Assembly: GCA_963790475.1 (NCBI GenBank)
Contig: CAWBOS010000012.1
Coordinates: 32,001 to 96,000 of the forward strand
Length of the DNA stretch: 64,000 nucleotides
Origin: an uncultured delta proteobacterium
GTDB taxonomy: Bacteria; Desulfobacterota; RBG-13-43-22
Reading direction: 5' to 3'
The notes under the pieces: model-generated
Told to the model about the DNA's origin: nothing
Databases searched by the model: none
Seen by the model: only the letters and a program-made list of their open reading frames with translations
Position numbers and translations under genes: made by a program
Part shown: positions 1 through 10,052 of the stretch, piece by piece
Numbering within the stretch: the first letter of the stretch is position 1
How the letters are laid out: each line of letters starts with the position of its first letter

Positions 1-137
1 GGATTGAGTTGGCTGAGAAATGTGGCTATCGGGAGATTGAAACTGCAGAGAATTTAACCAACACTTATGAGATGATTTTAGGCCAAATCGTAAAGATGAT
101 CGAGGAATCGGACAAATGGTTAATCAAGTCAAAGTGA
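1..137 (+). CDS. Four-helix-bundle protein (23S rRNA IVP-like family), C-terminal part, truncated by window edge
   Basis: Frame 3 reads IELAEKCGYREIETAENLTNTYEMILGQIVKMIEESDKWLIKSK*. This resembles the family C-terminus and is followed by short pyrimidine-rich repeats (about 162-196). Not in the ORF track. Confidence 0.65.
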   Translation, partial: IELAEKCGYREIETAENLTNTYEMILGQIVKMIEESDKWLIKSK

Positions 138-216
138 TCACCACCCAATATATTTTCTTTTCGCTCATTCACCGATTCTCCCTTTCTCCGTTTCAAGAAA
201 TAAAGAAGGCGGCCTA

Positions 217-1299
217 ATGATCAAGGTACTTATCGTCGAAGACTCTCCCACCGCCCGGGACTACCTGGTCCATATTTTCAGTTCCGACCCGGGGACGGAG
301 GTAATCGGAACGGCCAATGATGGGGCCGAGGCGGTGAAGTTGGCTGAAAGGCTGAAACCGGATGTTATCACCATGGATATCCATATGCCGGTCATGGACG
401 GCCTCGCAGCCACCCGAAGGATCATGGAAACCCACCCGGTGCCTATAGTCATCGTCAGCGGTATCTGGGACCCGAGGGAGTTGGAGACCACCTTCCGGGC
501 CATCGAAGCCGGTGCCCTGGCCGTGGTGCAGAGACCGGCAGGTGTAGGCCACCCGGAGAGTGAGCGGCTGAAAGAAGAGCTTATCTCCAAGGTCAAGCTC
601 ATGTCGGAAGTAAAGGTTGTCAGGAGATGGGACCGTTCACCCAAGATAAAAGAAGAGAAAAAAATCGAAAAGCCCCCTTTTTCTATTAAAGCCAGGCAGG
701 ATATAGAAATAGTAGCCATAGGGGCCTCGACCGGCGGTCCCCTGGTCCTTCAAACGATCCTTTCCAAGCTTCCGCCGGATTTCCCCGTGCCGGTCCTGAT
801 TGTCCAGCATATTGCCTCTGGCTTTATTCAGGGGATGCTGGAATGGCTCTATGGGACCAGCGGCCTTCGATTGCACATTGCCAAAGACGGGGAAGAAATA
901 TTGGGAGGCCGGGCCTACTTTGCCCCCGACGGGTTTTATATGGGGGCAGGGAAAAGCGGATTTTTACGGCTTCAAAAAAAAGAAACCGAGGGCCAAAACA
1001 ACTTAGCGGTGTCTCACCTTTTCCGGTCCGTTACCGAGGTGTATGGCGCAAAATCAGCCGGCATCTTGCTGACCGGCATGGGCAGCGACGGGGCTGCAGA
1101 ATTGAAATTATTGAGGGAAAAAGGGGCCTTGACTATTATACAGGATAAGGAAAGTTCTGTTGTCTTCGGGATGCCGGGAGAAGCCCGGAAACTCGGGGCG
1201 GCCATGTACGAACTCCCCCCTGAAAAGATAGCATCGGCCCTTATTTATTTGGTTGGTCATGGCCCAAAAAAGAATATTGATGATATAATTGACGCTTGA
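217..1299 (+). CDS. cheB: Chemotaxis response regulator protein-glutamate methylesterase
   Basis: N-terminal REC domain; IGASTGGP, VQHI and LTGMGSDGA methylesterase motifs. Confidence 0.95.
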   Translation: MIKVLIVEDSPTARDYLVHIFSSDPGTEVIGTANDGAEAVKLAERLKPDVITMDIHMPVMDGLAATRRIMETHPVPIVIVSGIWDPRELETTFRAIEAGALAVVQRPAGVGHPESERLKEELISKVKLMSEVKVVRRWDRSPKIKEEKKIEKPPFSIKARQDIEIVAIGASTGGPLVLQTILSKLPPDFPVPVLIVQHIASGFIQGMLEWLYGTSGLRLHIAKDGEEILGGRAYFAPDGFYMGAGKSGFLRLQKKETEGQNNLAVSHLFRSVTEVYGAKSAGILLTGMGSDGAAELKLLREKGALTIIQDKESSVVFGMPGEARKLGAAMYELPPEKIASALIYLVGHGPKKNIDDIIDA

Positions 1300-1357
1300 T
1301 GATTGTAAAAAAAGGCAACGGGCCTTTAAATCATCGATGGTCAATAGGGAGATCTGA

Positions 1358-2701
1358 ATGGAATCTATTATCAATGAGCATACCAGACTATTGATCGTCG
1401 AAGATAGTCCGACTCAAGCCGAAAATCTGAGCTATAGGCTTGAACAGCAGGGCTATAAGGTCTATGTCGCCCCAAATGGGGAAGAGGCCTTAAAGATGAT
1501 CCACCGGATCAGGCCGGTCATGATCATCAGCGATATCCTCATGCCGAAGATGGACGGCTTTTTGCTCTGTAAGAAGATCAAGTCGGATGAATACCTGAAC
1601 AACATCCCCGTTATCCTGCTCACGGCCTTATCCGACCCCCAAGACGTGCTCAAAGGCCTTGAAAGCGGGGCCGACGATTTCATTACCAAACCCTATGATG
1701 AGGAATATCTCCTGGCAAAGATCCGGCACACCCTGATCAAAGCCGGAATACCCCGGGAATCGGAAGTCCCAAAGGGGGTGGAGGTCTTATTTAAGGGTGA
1801 GAAATATTGGATCACTGCCGAACGGCAACAGATCCTCGATCTTCTGCTTTCGACTTACGAAACAGCCGTCATCAAGAACCATGAGCTGAAGAAGGCTCAA
1901 GAAGAACTGCGCAGGTCCCGGGACGAGTTGGATGTCCGGGTTCGTGAACGAACAGCCGAACTTTTCCTTGCCAATGAAGGACTAAGAAAAGAAATTGCCG
2001 AACACCAAAAGGCGGAAGAGGCCCTCCAGGAATCAAAGAAACAACTGCGAATCCTGGCCTCCAAGATCCTAACCGCTCAGGAAGATGAAAGAAAACGGGT
2101 CGCCCTTGAAGTTCATGATATCCTGGGATCGTCTTTGAGTGCCATCAAATTCAAGGTAGAAGAGGTTTTAAGTAATATCCCCCAAGACCAGATGCCGGCT
2201 AAATCCAATCTCATAGAGGTCCTCATCCCCTTTATCAAGGAAACCATGGAAGAAGCCCGACGGATTCAGGCCGACCTGCGCCCCCCTCTTCTGGATGATC
2301 TGGGAATTATAGCCACCATTTCCTGGTTTTGTCGAAGATTTGAAACGATTTATTCGGCTATCCGCGTTGAAAAAATGATTACCATCCGGGAGGAGGAGGT
2401 GCCGGATCATCTTAAGATCGTCCTTTTTAGAATTATACAGGAAGCCATGGCTAATATCGGCAAACATGCCAGAGCCGACTATATGTGTCTGGGATTGCGA
2501 AAAGTAGACTCCACCATAGAGCTGAGTATCAGGGATAATGGAAAAGGTTTTGACCAGGCCACATTTTCTTCTGAGGAAAGTTTGAAAAAAGGTCTGGGGC
2601 TTTCCAGCATGAGAGAGCGAACCGAATTTTCAGAGGGCACATTTTCCATCGAGTCGGCCAAGGGATCTGGGACGCTGATCAAAGCCATTTGGCCGATCTG
2701 A
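1358..2701 (+). CDS. Hybrid response regulator / HisKA_3-type sensor histidine kinase
   Basis: REC (VEDS, SDILMP, KP); H-box QEDERKRVALEVHD; QEAMANIGKHA; DNGKGF; GLGLSSMRER. Confidence 0.9.
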   Translation: MESIINEHTRLLIVEDSPTQAENLSYRLEQQGYKVYVAPNGEEALKMIHRIRPVMIISDILMPKMDGFLLCKKIKSDEYLNNIPVILLTALSDPQDVLKGLESGADDFITKPYDEEYLLAKIRHTLIKAGIPRESEVPKGVEVLFKGEKYWITAERQQILDLLLSTYETAVIKNHELKKAQEELRRSRDELDVRVRERTAELFLANEGLRKEIAEHQKAEEALQESKKQLRILASKILTAQEDERKRVALEVHDILGSSLSAIKFKVEEVLSNIPQDQMPAKSNLIEVLIPFIKETMEEARRIQADLRPPLLDDLGIIATISWFCRRFETIYSAIRVEKMITIREEEVPDHLKIVLFRIIQEAMANIGKHARADYMCLGLRKVDSTIELSIRDNGKGFDQATFSSEESLKKGLGLSSMRERTEFSEGTFSIESAKGSGTLIKAIWPI

Positions 2702-2729
2702 TTGGGTCTTCTTTGACCTTGAACACTTT

Positions 2730-3723
2730 TCATCCCTTACTCAAGATACCCACGACTCGATCTCTGTAATCCTTGCTTTTTTCATCGGCAGCGATCAGAT
2801 CAATGGCCGCCGGCGACGAAGCCCCCAGTCCCATCTCTACAGCTCTGGCGATCTGTTCCTGATCGAATATCTTGGTTCCCATAATGGCCGTGTTGCTCCC
2901 CAGGTTTTTCAAAACAGCCACGCCGACGGCATCAATGGCCACCCGGTCGGTGGAGGCCAGAAAAACATCTCCCTTAGCAGTCTTTCCGGTGGCCGGCCCG
3001 CCGTCCACAAAGGCATCCACTCCATCGAGAACAATAAGGTGAGGCGTGAAGGGTTGATTCAGTTCGGCAATCAGCTTCCGTTGATGCGGAGAGGTATGAA
3101 GTTCCCTCATGTAATTGAACCCGTGCCGGGTGGTTGGGACCACCCCGACATGGAGTTTCAGGGACATGGTGAAAATCCCGCCGAATTGATGGGTTTTCAA
3201 ACAGCAGGTGGAGACCAGGCATTCGGCCTCCAGAATAGGCCGGGCAATCCTAAAACCATTTTTCCAATGACTGTCCTTGGGAATTACTTCAACCCAATCT
3301 TTTTTATCGAGATCATCAAAATCAATAATTTTTACATTTAATTTTTGCATGAGGGGGAGGACCCCTTTTTGCTCCATTACCTCCCGGGTGAGAGGATAAC
3401 TCCTTTCCCCCAGACTGATCGATTTGGCCCCCATGGCCCAAAACTCCTCAACCAGTGCGGTCAGCGTGTCGTTGTGAGTGGAGCCGGGAGTGATATCGGC
3501 GGTGTTGAAATTCGGTTTGATCAGGACATTTTTCCCCTTAACCGGATTGATCCCCAGGGCCTTTAGGGAACCCTGCACCCCTTCTTTACGATTACTTGGT
3601 CTTTTTTAAAGCCACTGCGGTTTTTTTGGCGGCCATAATTTCCTCCCCTTTGAGACCCAACAATACCGCCCCTCCGGCTATCCCGGTAAGTTTCAGAAAA
3701 TTTCTGCGGTTTAATCGAATCAC
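2730..3723 (-). CDS. DUF362 domain protein with Tat-like signal peptide; 5' end frameshifted
   Basis: Main ORF 2730-3578 has VLIKPN, LKTH, TMSLK and DRVAIDA. Upstream GTG at 3723 reads MIRLNRRNFLKLTGIAG and joins the main ORF through two apparent 1-nt indels. Confidence 0.75.
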
Positions 3724-3846
3724 TGAATGACAACCTTAAAATTAGAATATCCCGGACTTATAATTAACGCTCATATTACTATATTTATGGCGGAAGGAAC
3801 ACTTTTCTTTTTGCTCCGCTCTAATCAAAAGGGAGTGTACTAGTGT

Positions 3847-4431
3847 TTAACCTCCCAGTATCGGCCAATAGTGGTTTGAAATGGTCCCATAAAGACCCAT
3901 AACTCCAAAAAGAATAAATATCACTGCCGCCACCCACTTGACCAAACGCTCAGGTATGGTTTTCCCAAGGACTATACCAAAAATAATACCGACAGCATCG
4001 GCGATGATCATGCCCGATGTAGTCCCGAACCATATTGGAATAATTCTTGAATATTTGGTCGCCAGGACGATCGTTGCCAGTTGTGTTTTGTCTCCCATTT
4101 CCGCGAAAAAAAAAGCTATGGCCACGGTCCAAAAGGGGCTGTAATTAAAGCGTTTGTCCTCATTGTTGAGTTTATCCCCTCGCAAGGTCCAGAGTCCGAA
4201 GAGGATAAAAGAAGCGGAAGCGATGAGTTGAATGGTCTTGAGGGGAATAAGGCTTGTCAGGTAATTTCCCAGAAGGACGGCCAGCAAATGGTTGGCCAAT
4301 GTGGCTAGGAAAACCCCCCAGAGAACCGTCTGCCAGCGGTACCGTGAGGCAAAGGCCATGGCTAATAATTGGGTCTTATCTCCCATTTCAGCCAGAACTA
4401 CGAAGACAAGAGACGTGAGGTAGGCGGTCAT
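3847..4431 (-). CDS. TMEM165/GDT1 (UPF0016) family Mn2+/Ca2+ exporter
   Basis: Two AEMGDKTQLA-type motifs, hydrophobic; start placed at ATG 4431, downstream of the riboswitch terminator. Confidence 0.92.
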   Translation of the reverse strand: MTAYLTSLVFVVLAEMGDKTQLLAMAFASRYRWQTVLWGVFLATLANHLLAVLLGNYLTSLIPLKTIQLIASASFILFGLWTLRGDKLNNEDKRFNYSPFWTVAIAFFFAEMGDKTQLATIVLATKYSRIIPIWFGTTSGMIIADAVGIIFGIVLGKTIPERLVKWVAAVIFILFGVMGLYGTISNHYWPILGG

Positions 4432-4446
4432 GCTAGGCTTTTCCTT

Positions 4447-4501
4447 AAAAAAAAAACGAGACACTTTAGCTTGGACTCTATCAGTCACGCTAAAGGTCTC
4501 G
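4447..4501 (-). terminator. Intrinsic terminator forming the riboswitch expression platform
   Basis: Minus strand CGAGACCTTTAGC...GCTAAAGTGTCTCG followed by T10; the 5' arm overlaps the aptamer 3' end. Confidence 0.85.
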
Positions 4502-4580
4502 CTAATTGGTTTCCACCAACGACAGGGCCAGGAGTTAATTCCGGTATGTTGACCTTATCTGGTTAGCTACTCCCCTTCAG
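4490..4580 (-). promoter_or_regulatory. yybP-ykoY (Mn2+) riboswitch
   Basis: Minus strand AAGGGGAGTAGC...GGTCAACATAC...CTGGCC...GCGAGACCTTT matches the family hallmarks; directly upstream of a UPF0016 gene. Confidence 0.88.
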
Positions 4581-4817
4581 GGATTCGGATTAGCATAAAT
4601 TTTATAACAGCCTCATAAAAAATTCAACACAAATTGCCAATCCTACAATTCTCTCGGTAAATATGATTCGATTGGATCGCCAGGAGAAATCATCGGGTCT
4701 TCAGAGGGGCCTCCTTAGATTAATTTCAAAAAACCCCTGAAACCACCTTCCATCTTTTTGAAGAATGTTGTAAGATTTTTACAGTTTTCATTTTTTATGG
4801 AAAGGAAGGACCGGCCT

Positions 4818-5405
4818 ATGTCGGAAATTGAAATTCCAAGCCCTGAAGAATTGGAAGAAGAGAGAGGAAAGACCTTTACCCGGAGATTGGCTTTGGTTAC
4901 AGCCATCTATGCCGTGTTTCTGGCTATTACCTCCCTGGGGGGAAGCAATGCCATGAAAGAAATGCTGCTGGCCCAACAGCAATCCTCGGATCAATGGAGT
5001 TTTTATCAGGCCAAGGTGATTCGGGAGCATCTCAATCGAAATGAAAAAAACCGAATAGAGGTAGAATTGTCCGAAAGAGGCGCCTCCATGAAACCGGAAG
5101 TTAGAAAACGTTTTGAAAACCTGTTAACAAAAATGGGGGAAGAAGAGAGCCGTTATAACACGGAAAAGAAAGAAATCGAAAAAGAGGCCAAATCACTGGA
5201 AAAGGAAAGGGATTTAAATCGGAGGAAAGACCCCTATTTTGATTTTGCCGAGGTCTTATTACAAATCTCGATTATCCTGGCCTCCATAGCTATACTTTCC
5301 ACCTCAAAGCCGGTTTTCATTTTCTCCCTGGTAACGGCCTGTTTGGGTTGTTTTCTTTCTTTCAACGGTTTTTGTTTTATTTTTCGAATACCATTTTTTA
5401 ACTGA
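4818..5405 (+). CDS. DUF4337 family membrane protein
   Basis: SDQWSFYQAK, a coiled coil, then FDFAEVLLQISIILASI; RBS-like GGAAGGA before ATG 4818. Confidence 0.8.
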   Translation: MSEIEIPSPEELEEERGKTFTRRLALVTAIYAVFLAITSLGGSNAMKEMLLAQQQSSDQWSFYQAKVIREHLNRNEKNRIEVELSERGASMKPEVRKRFENLLTKMGEEESRYNTEKKEIEKEAKSLEKERDLNRRKDPYFDFAEVLLQISIILASIAILSTSKPVFIFSLVTACLGCFLSFNGFCFIFRIPFFN

Positions 5406-5690
5406 TCTGGACTTTAGGTGAAATACGCTTCCTAGCTCGGAGATTTCAGCCCCTGCGTGTAAAGGTTTTAGCAGGACATAGCAATTTATTATTCCGCATA
5501 AAAACCTTCGACTACATCCTTATATCGGGCATTATAGCCTTTCTTTTAACTTTTTAGTAACAGCCAAAAACATATGGAGATGGTCAAAATTCGCGCATAT
5601 TAGTGCCTAGTTATAGTTACGGCTTGCAACAAGTCCCATTGATGATTATCTTTAAATACAATTTTAATCTTTAACTTTCAGGGAGAAAGA

Positions 5691-6743
5691 ATGAAACCGT
5701 TTTTAAGATTAGCATCAAACCAAAGGTTCGGAAGTCAACGAATTAATGAAGGACAGGCCATACCTTCTGACGATGATATCCTGGATGCCTACTCCAACGC
5801 AGTGATAAACGCCGTGGATGTTGTAAGTCCATCCGTAGTTTACATAGATGTTTGCCGTAACATAAAGATAAAGCAACGTAACGGCACCCTACTTCCCCGG
5901 GAAATTAAGGCCAATGGCTCAGGTTTTGTCTTTACGCCGGATGGATTCATCCTGACTAATAGCCATGTTGTTCATGAAGCAAGCCAAATTGAGGTAATCC
6001 TGTCCGATGGCCGCACCTTTCACGGAGATATGATTGGGGACGATCCGGACACGGATCTGGCGGTCATCAGGATACATGCGCCAAAACTGATTTTTGCTTC
6101 TTTGGGAGATTCAGATAGAATCCGGGTCGGGCAACTGGCCATTGCCATCGGAAATCCTTACGGGTTCCAATGCACCGTAACATCGGGAGTCATAAGTGCC
6201 TTAGGCAGATCCTTAAGGTCCATGTCCGGCAGACTTATAGATAATATTATTCAGACCGATGCGGCGCTTAATCCCGGCAATTCGGGAGGACCTTTGGTTA
6301 CCTCCAGGGGCGAGGTTATCGGGGTAAATACTGCGGTCATTCAGTCCGCTCAGGGAATCTGTTTTGCCATCGGGATAAATACGGCCAAGTTCGTTGCCTC
6401 CCGGCTCATCAGGGAAGGAAGGGTCAGGCGAAGCTACATAGGTCTCGGAGGGCAAAACATACCTCTTCATCGCCGGGTAGTCCGTTTTTATAACCTTCCG
6501 GTCGAAACGGGGGTTTTGGTATTATCCGTTGATAATAACAGCCCGGCTAAACAGGCTGGTTTATGTAAGGGAGATATTATAATATTTTTCGACGATCATC
6601 CTATCAAGGGTATTGATGATCTGCATCGATTATTGACGGACGAAAAGGTGGGAGTTAATTTGAAGCTGACTGTTATAAGAAACTCGGAACGCCTGGACCT
6701 GAATATTGTTCCCGGGGAGTCTCGGAGCAGGACTATCCACTAA
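5691..6743 (+). CDS. HtrA/DegP-like trypsin serine protease with PDZ domain
   Basis: GSGF, LTNSHVV, DLAV and TDAALNPGNSGGPL catalytic motifs; C-terminal PDZ. Confidence 0.93.
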   Translation: MKPFLRLASNQRFGSQRINEGQAIPSDDDILDAYSNAVINAVDVVSPSVVYIDVCRNIKIKQRNGTLLPREIKANGSGFVFTPDGFILTNSHVVHEASQIEVILSDGRTFHGDMIGDDPDTDLAVIRIHAPKLIFASLGDSDRIRVGQLAIAIGNPYGFQCTVTSGVISALGRSLRSMSGRLIDNIIQTDAALNPGNSGGPLVTSRGEVIGVNTAVIQSAQGICFAIGINTAKFVASRLIREGRVRRSYIGLGGQNIPLHRRVVRFYNLPVETGVLVLSVDNNSPAKQAGLCKGDIIIFFDDHPIKGIDDLHRLLTDEKVGVNLKLTVIRNSERLDLNIVPGESRSRTIH

Positions 6744-6823
6744 AATAAAACCAAAGAAAATTCGGTCGGGAATATTTTTCTTCTTAACCGGGGGTTTGAG
6801 ACCTTTGAAATCGGTCTCCAGGA

Positions 6824-7216
6824 TTATCCTTGTTTTCTATTGGAATTGTTTTGGGAAAATTTCTCTATAACCTTTTCGCAATAAACCTGATTCTCTTCTA
6901 ACAGGGGGGAAGCCCGGCGCATCATGTTCAGTTTCATGATCTGGAAGTTGAGCCGTTTCATCAGGCGGTATTGCTTTTCCACGTCCTCCATACCCTTCAA
7001 TAAATCCCGCAATTGGACGATTTCTTTTTTCAGTTCCAGTTCGGGAGGCAGGCAATCGGCATTTTTCAATATCTTGTAGGCCAGACGCAACTCTTCGGGG
7101 ATACCGCTGTCATCATCCAATTGTAGGGGTTTTCCTTTGCCGGGCAGGTTATCCAGTTCTCCCTTCAGGATGGCTTCCTGGATTTTTCTTTCGGCGATGA
7201 TATGGGAGAAAAACAT
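6824..7216 (-). CDS. DUF1992 domain protein
   Basis: IAERKIQEA..GELDNLPGKGKPL..RLAYKILKNA..LPPE. Confidence 0.85.
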   Translation of the reverse strand: MFFSHIIAERKIQEAILKGELDNLPGKGKPLQLDDDSGIPEELRLAYKILKNADCLPPELELKKEIVQLRDLLKGMEDVEKQYRLMKRLNFQIMKLNMMRRASPLLEENQVYCEKVIEKFSQNNSNRKQG

Positions 7217-7407
7217 TGGTAACGTAATAACTACAAATTATCCGATTACGGTTAAATATACAGGAATCCTTGGTCGGATTCATAACCTAAATTATAATAT
7301 TATTATAACATAATGAATTTCAAGGAAGTCAAAAAAAAATCCCCTCTCGTCAGGTGACGATCTTAAGGACTTTTTACGGAAACATCATAGCACGGCTGAT
7401 TAAAAGA

Positions 7408-8394
7408 TCAACCCCCAATTTTAGACATTTGCCGCTGACATTTTCGGGGAAGAGGATTCATTTGAATAGGATGTTCCTTGGGTTTCCGGGAGATGGTTTC
7501 TCGAATGATAGATTCCAATTCCGTATCCGAAGCGCCGTTCCTCAGAGGGGTTCGCAAATCGGTTTCGTCGTCGGAAAAGAGGCAGACCCTCAACCGGCCT
7601 TCGGCTGTAAGGCGAAGACGATTGCAGGAGGGACAAAAATGTTCGCTGATAGGGCTGATTAATCCGATTTCCCCCCTCGCCCCGGCATAGGACATCCGTT
7701 TGGCCGGACCATCCAAGCCTTGGCCGTTAATCGGGAAAAGGGGTCCCAGAACCTGTAATTTTTTTAAAATATCTTCCGAGGAGAGAAACCTCTCGGCACT
7801 CCAGCCGTTTTCCGCTCCCACCGGCATGAACTCGATAAAACGGATATGATACGGTTTTTCGTAAGACAATCGGCCGAAGGCCAGGATTTCATCATCGTTG
7901 ATCCCCTTTAGGGCTACGACATTGATCTTGATTGGGGAAAACCCGATTCGCTCGGCCCCTTGAATCCCTTCCCAAACTTGGTCAAAAAAACCGAATCGAG
8001 TAATCCTGGCAAAATTTTGTGGGTCAAGAGTGTCCAGGCTGATATTGATTCTTTTTACCCCGGCTTCCCATAAGGCTTGGGCCTGTTCTGCTAAAAGGAC
8101 ACCATTTGTGGTCAGGCTGATATCCCTGATGCCCGGGATTTCCCCTAATGCTTTAATAAGATCGACAATGTTTTTTCGGACCAGGGGCTCTCCTCCGGTA
8201 AGCCGGATCTTTTCAATACCCAGACCAACACTCAGCCGGGCCAGTCTCAATAATTCCTCATAGGTCAGGATATCCTCATGAATAAGCTTGGGAACCCCCT
8301 GTTCCGGCATACAATATACGCATCGCAGGTTGCAGCGATCGGTTAAAGACATCCGGAGATAATTGATAGGACGATTATAAGAATCAAGAAGCAT
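7408..8394 (-). CDS. moaA: GTP 3',8-cyclase
   Basis: CNLRCVYC radical SAM motif; FCPSCNRLR; C-terminal IGG. Confidence 0.97.
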   Translation of the reverse strand: MLLDSYNRPINYLRMSLTDRCNLRCVYCMPEQGVPKLIHEDILTYEELLRLARLSVGLGIEKIRLTGGEPLVRKNIVDLIKALGEIPGIRDISLTTNGVLLAEQAQALWEAGVKRINISLDTLDPQNFARITRFGFFDQVWEGIQGAERIGFSPIKINVVALKGINDDEILAFGRLSYEKPYHIRFIEFMPVGAENGWSAERFLSSEDILKKLQVLGPLFPINGQGLDGPAKRMSYAGARGEIGLISPISEHFCPSCNRLRLTAEGRLRVCLFSDDETDLRTPLRNGASDTELESIIRETISRKPKEHPIQMNPLPRKCQRQMSKIGG

Positions 8395-8621
8395 AAAAGA
8401 TTCCCCGATGGTTTTTTACAGTTGCAATAATATGTCTTTTTAAACATAATAATTACAAAAGGGATTTTGTCAACCTTTTACCCTCGGGGTATCATTGTGG
8501 GTCCCATAATAGCCTTGATATGAAAATGAAGATCTCGCCTTCGATGGGACCATAGCAGCAATTTTTTCGTCTATATTATCTTGAGACCTTAAAATAAGGT
8601 CGGGCAAAAAAAGAAATTTTC

Positions 8622-9848
8622 ATGAAGCCATTTTTTCAGGTAAAGACATCAGAAGAAATTTACAAAATCATTAAAACCCTGCCTCGTTTGACGAAGGAAA
8701 ACATCTGCTTAAATGATGGGTTAAACCGGGTTTTGGGCGATGATATTTTTTCCACCGAGGACCTCCCCCATTTCCCCAGGGCTACCATGGATGGATTTGC
8801 AGTGCGGGCCAGAGACACTTTCGGGGCCTCGGAGGCCGTTCCGGCCCTGCTGACTCTATCCGGTGAGATCAGTATGGGTCAGGAGGCAAAAACACCAATA
8901 CAGCCAGGACATTGTTATCGTATTGCCACCGGCGGAATGGTTCCGCCAGGGGCCGACTCGGTGGTCATGATCGAGCATTCCCAGCAACTCGACGCTAATA
9001 CTATAGAGATATTCAGACCCGTTTCTCCTTTGGATCATGTTATTCAAGTGGGAGAAGACATAAAAAAAGCCCAGCCTGTTTTAATGGCCGGACAGAGGCT
9101 TCGCCCCCAGGACCTGGGAATCCTAGCCGGCTTGGGGATTGTTGATTTGCCCGTATATCTTCAAGCCAAAGTGGCGATCATTTCCACCGGTGATGAGGTA
9201 GTCCCGGTAGAGGAGCAACCTCCCCCTGGTTTTATCCGGGATATCAATTCCTCGACTTTGCAGGCCTTGACCGCCAAGGCCGGGGCCATTCCGGAATTAT
9301 TAGGACGGACAGGGGATAATTTTGAGAAATTGAAAACCCTGTGTGAAAAAGGCCGGGATCAGGCGGATATGATATTGATTTCCGGCGGGAGTTCCGTGGG
9401 TGCCAGGGATTATACCCTTGAGGTCATTCACAGTTTTCCAAGGTCGGAGATTTTGGCTCACGGTATTTCCATCAGTCCCGGAAAACCCACCATTCTGGCT
9501 CGAATTGGGAATAAGATCCTCTGGGGTTTGCCGGGTCATGTGGTTTCGGCCATGATTGTTTTTACCCTTTTCGTCAAACCTTGTCTGCATCATTTGGAAG
9601 GAGAAACGATCGAAAGACAACCTCCGGGATTCAAGGCACAATTGTCCCGGAATATTGCTTCAGCTCAAGGCCGGGAGGACTATATTCGGGTCTCCCTTCA
9701 AAAGGGCAAGCAAGGGTGGGAAGCAATGCCCATCCTGGGCAAATCCGGGCTTATCTCGACCATGGTCCGAGCCGACGGGTTGGTTCGGATCGATCAGAAC
9801 TGTGAAGGGTTGGAGAAGGGGGAGTGGGTGGAGGTCTTGTTGTTTTAA
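8622..9848 (+). CDS. moeA: Molybdopterin molybdotransferase
   Basis: ATMDGFAV, STGDE, SGGSSVG, PGKPT, GLPG. Confidence 0.93.
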   Translation: MKPFFQVKTSEEIYKIIKTLPRLTKENICLNDGLNRVLGDDIFSTEDLPHFPRATMDGFAVRARDTFGASEAVPALLTLSGEISMGQEAKTPIQPGHCYRIATGGMVPPGADSVVMIEHSQQLDANTIEIFRPVSPLDHVIQVGEDIKKAQPVLMAGQRLRPQDLGILAGLGIVDLPVYLQAKVAIISTGDEVVPVEEQPPPGFIRDINSSTLQALTAKAGAIPELLGRTGDNFEKLKTLCEKGRDQADMILISGGSSVGARDYTLEVIHSFPRSEILAHGISISPGKPTILARIGNKILWGLPGHVVSAMIVFTLFVKPCLHHLEGETIERQPPGFKAQLSRNIASAQGREDYIRVSLQKGKQGWEAMPILGKSGLISTMVRADGLVRIDQNCEGLEKGEWVEVLLF

Positions 9849-9859
9849 TATTTGTTTTC

Positions 9860-10012
9860 TTCAGACCGGACAAACAGGATTTATAGCTATATCCCTTCCA
9901 CCCTTTCCGGAAGAAAGGCTGAAAAAATCTTTTCGCCAAGGCGCAGCATTGGGTTTCCCCTTTCACGGGAAGGAGAAAATTAATCTTGTCTATCCTGTAA
10001 ATCGTGTCAGAA
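9860..10012. repeat. Imperfect inverted element with ~9-bp periodic arms
   Basis: Left arm GACCGGACAAACAGGATTTATAG; right arm AATCTTGTCTATCCTGTAAATCGTGTC; lies between the two moeA genes. Confidence 0.6.
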
Positions 10013-10052
10013 CAATTTTCCAACTTAGTAGAGAGTCACGAGAAAAAAAACC

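Noticed and set aside
5420-5560. Possible structured RNA between the DUF4337 gene and htrA
   Set aside because: Only a short AAGGTTTT/AAAACCTT pairing; no family hallmark.
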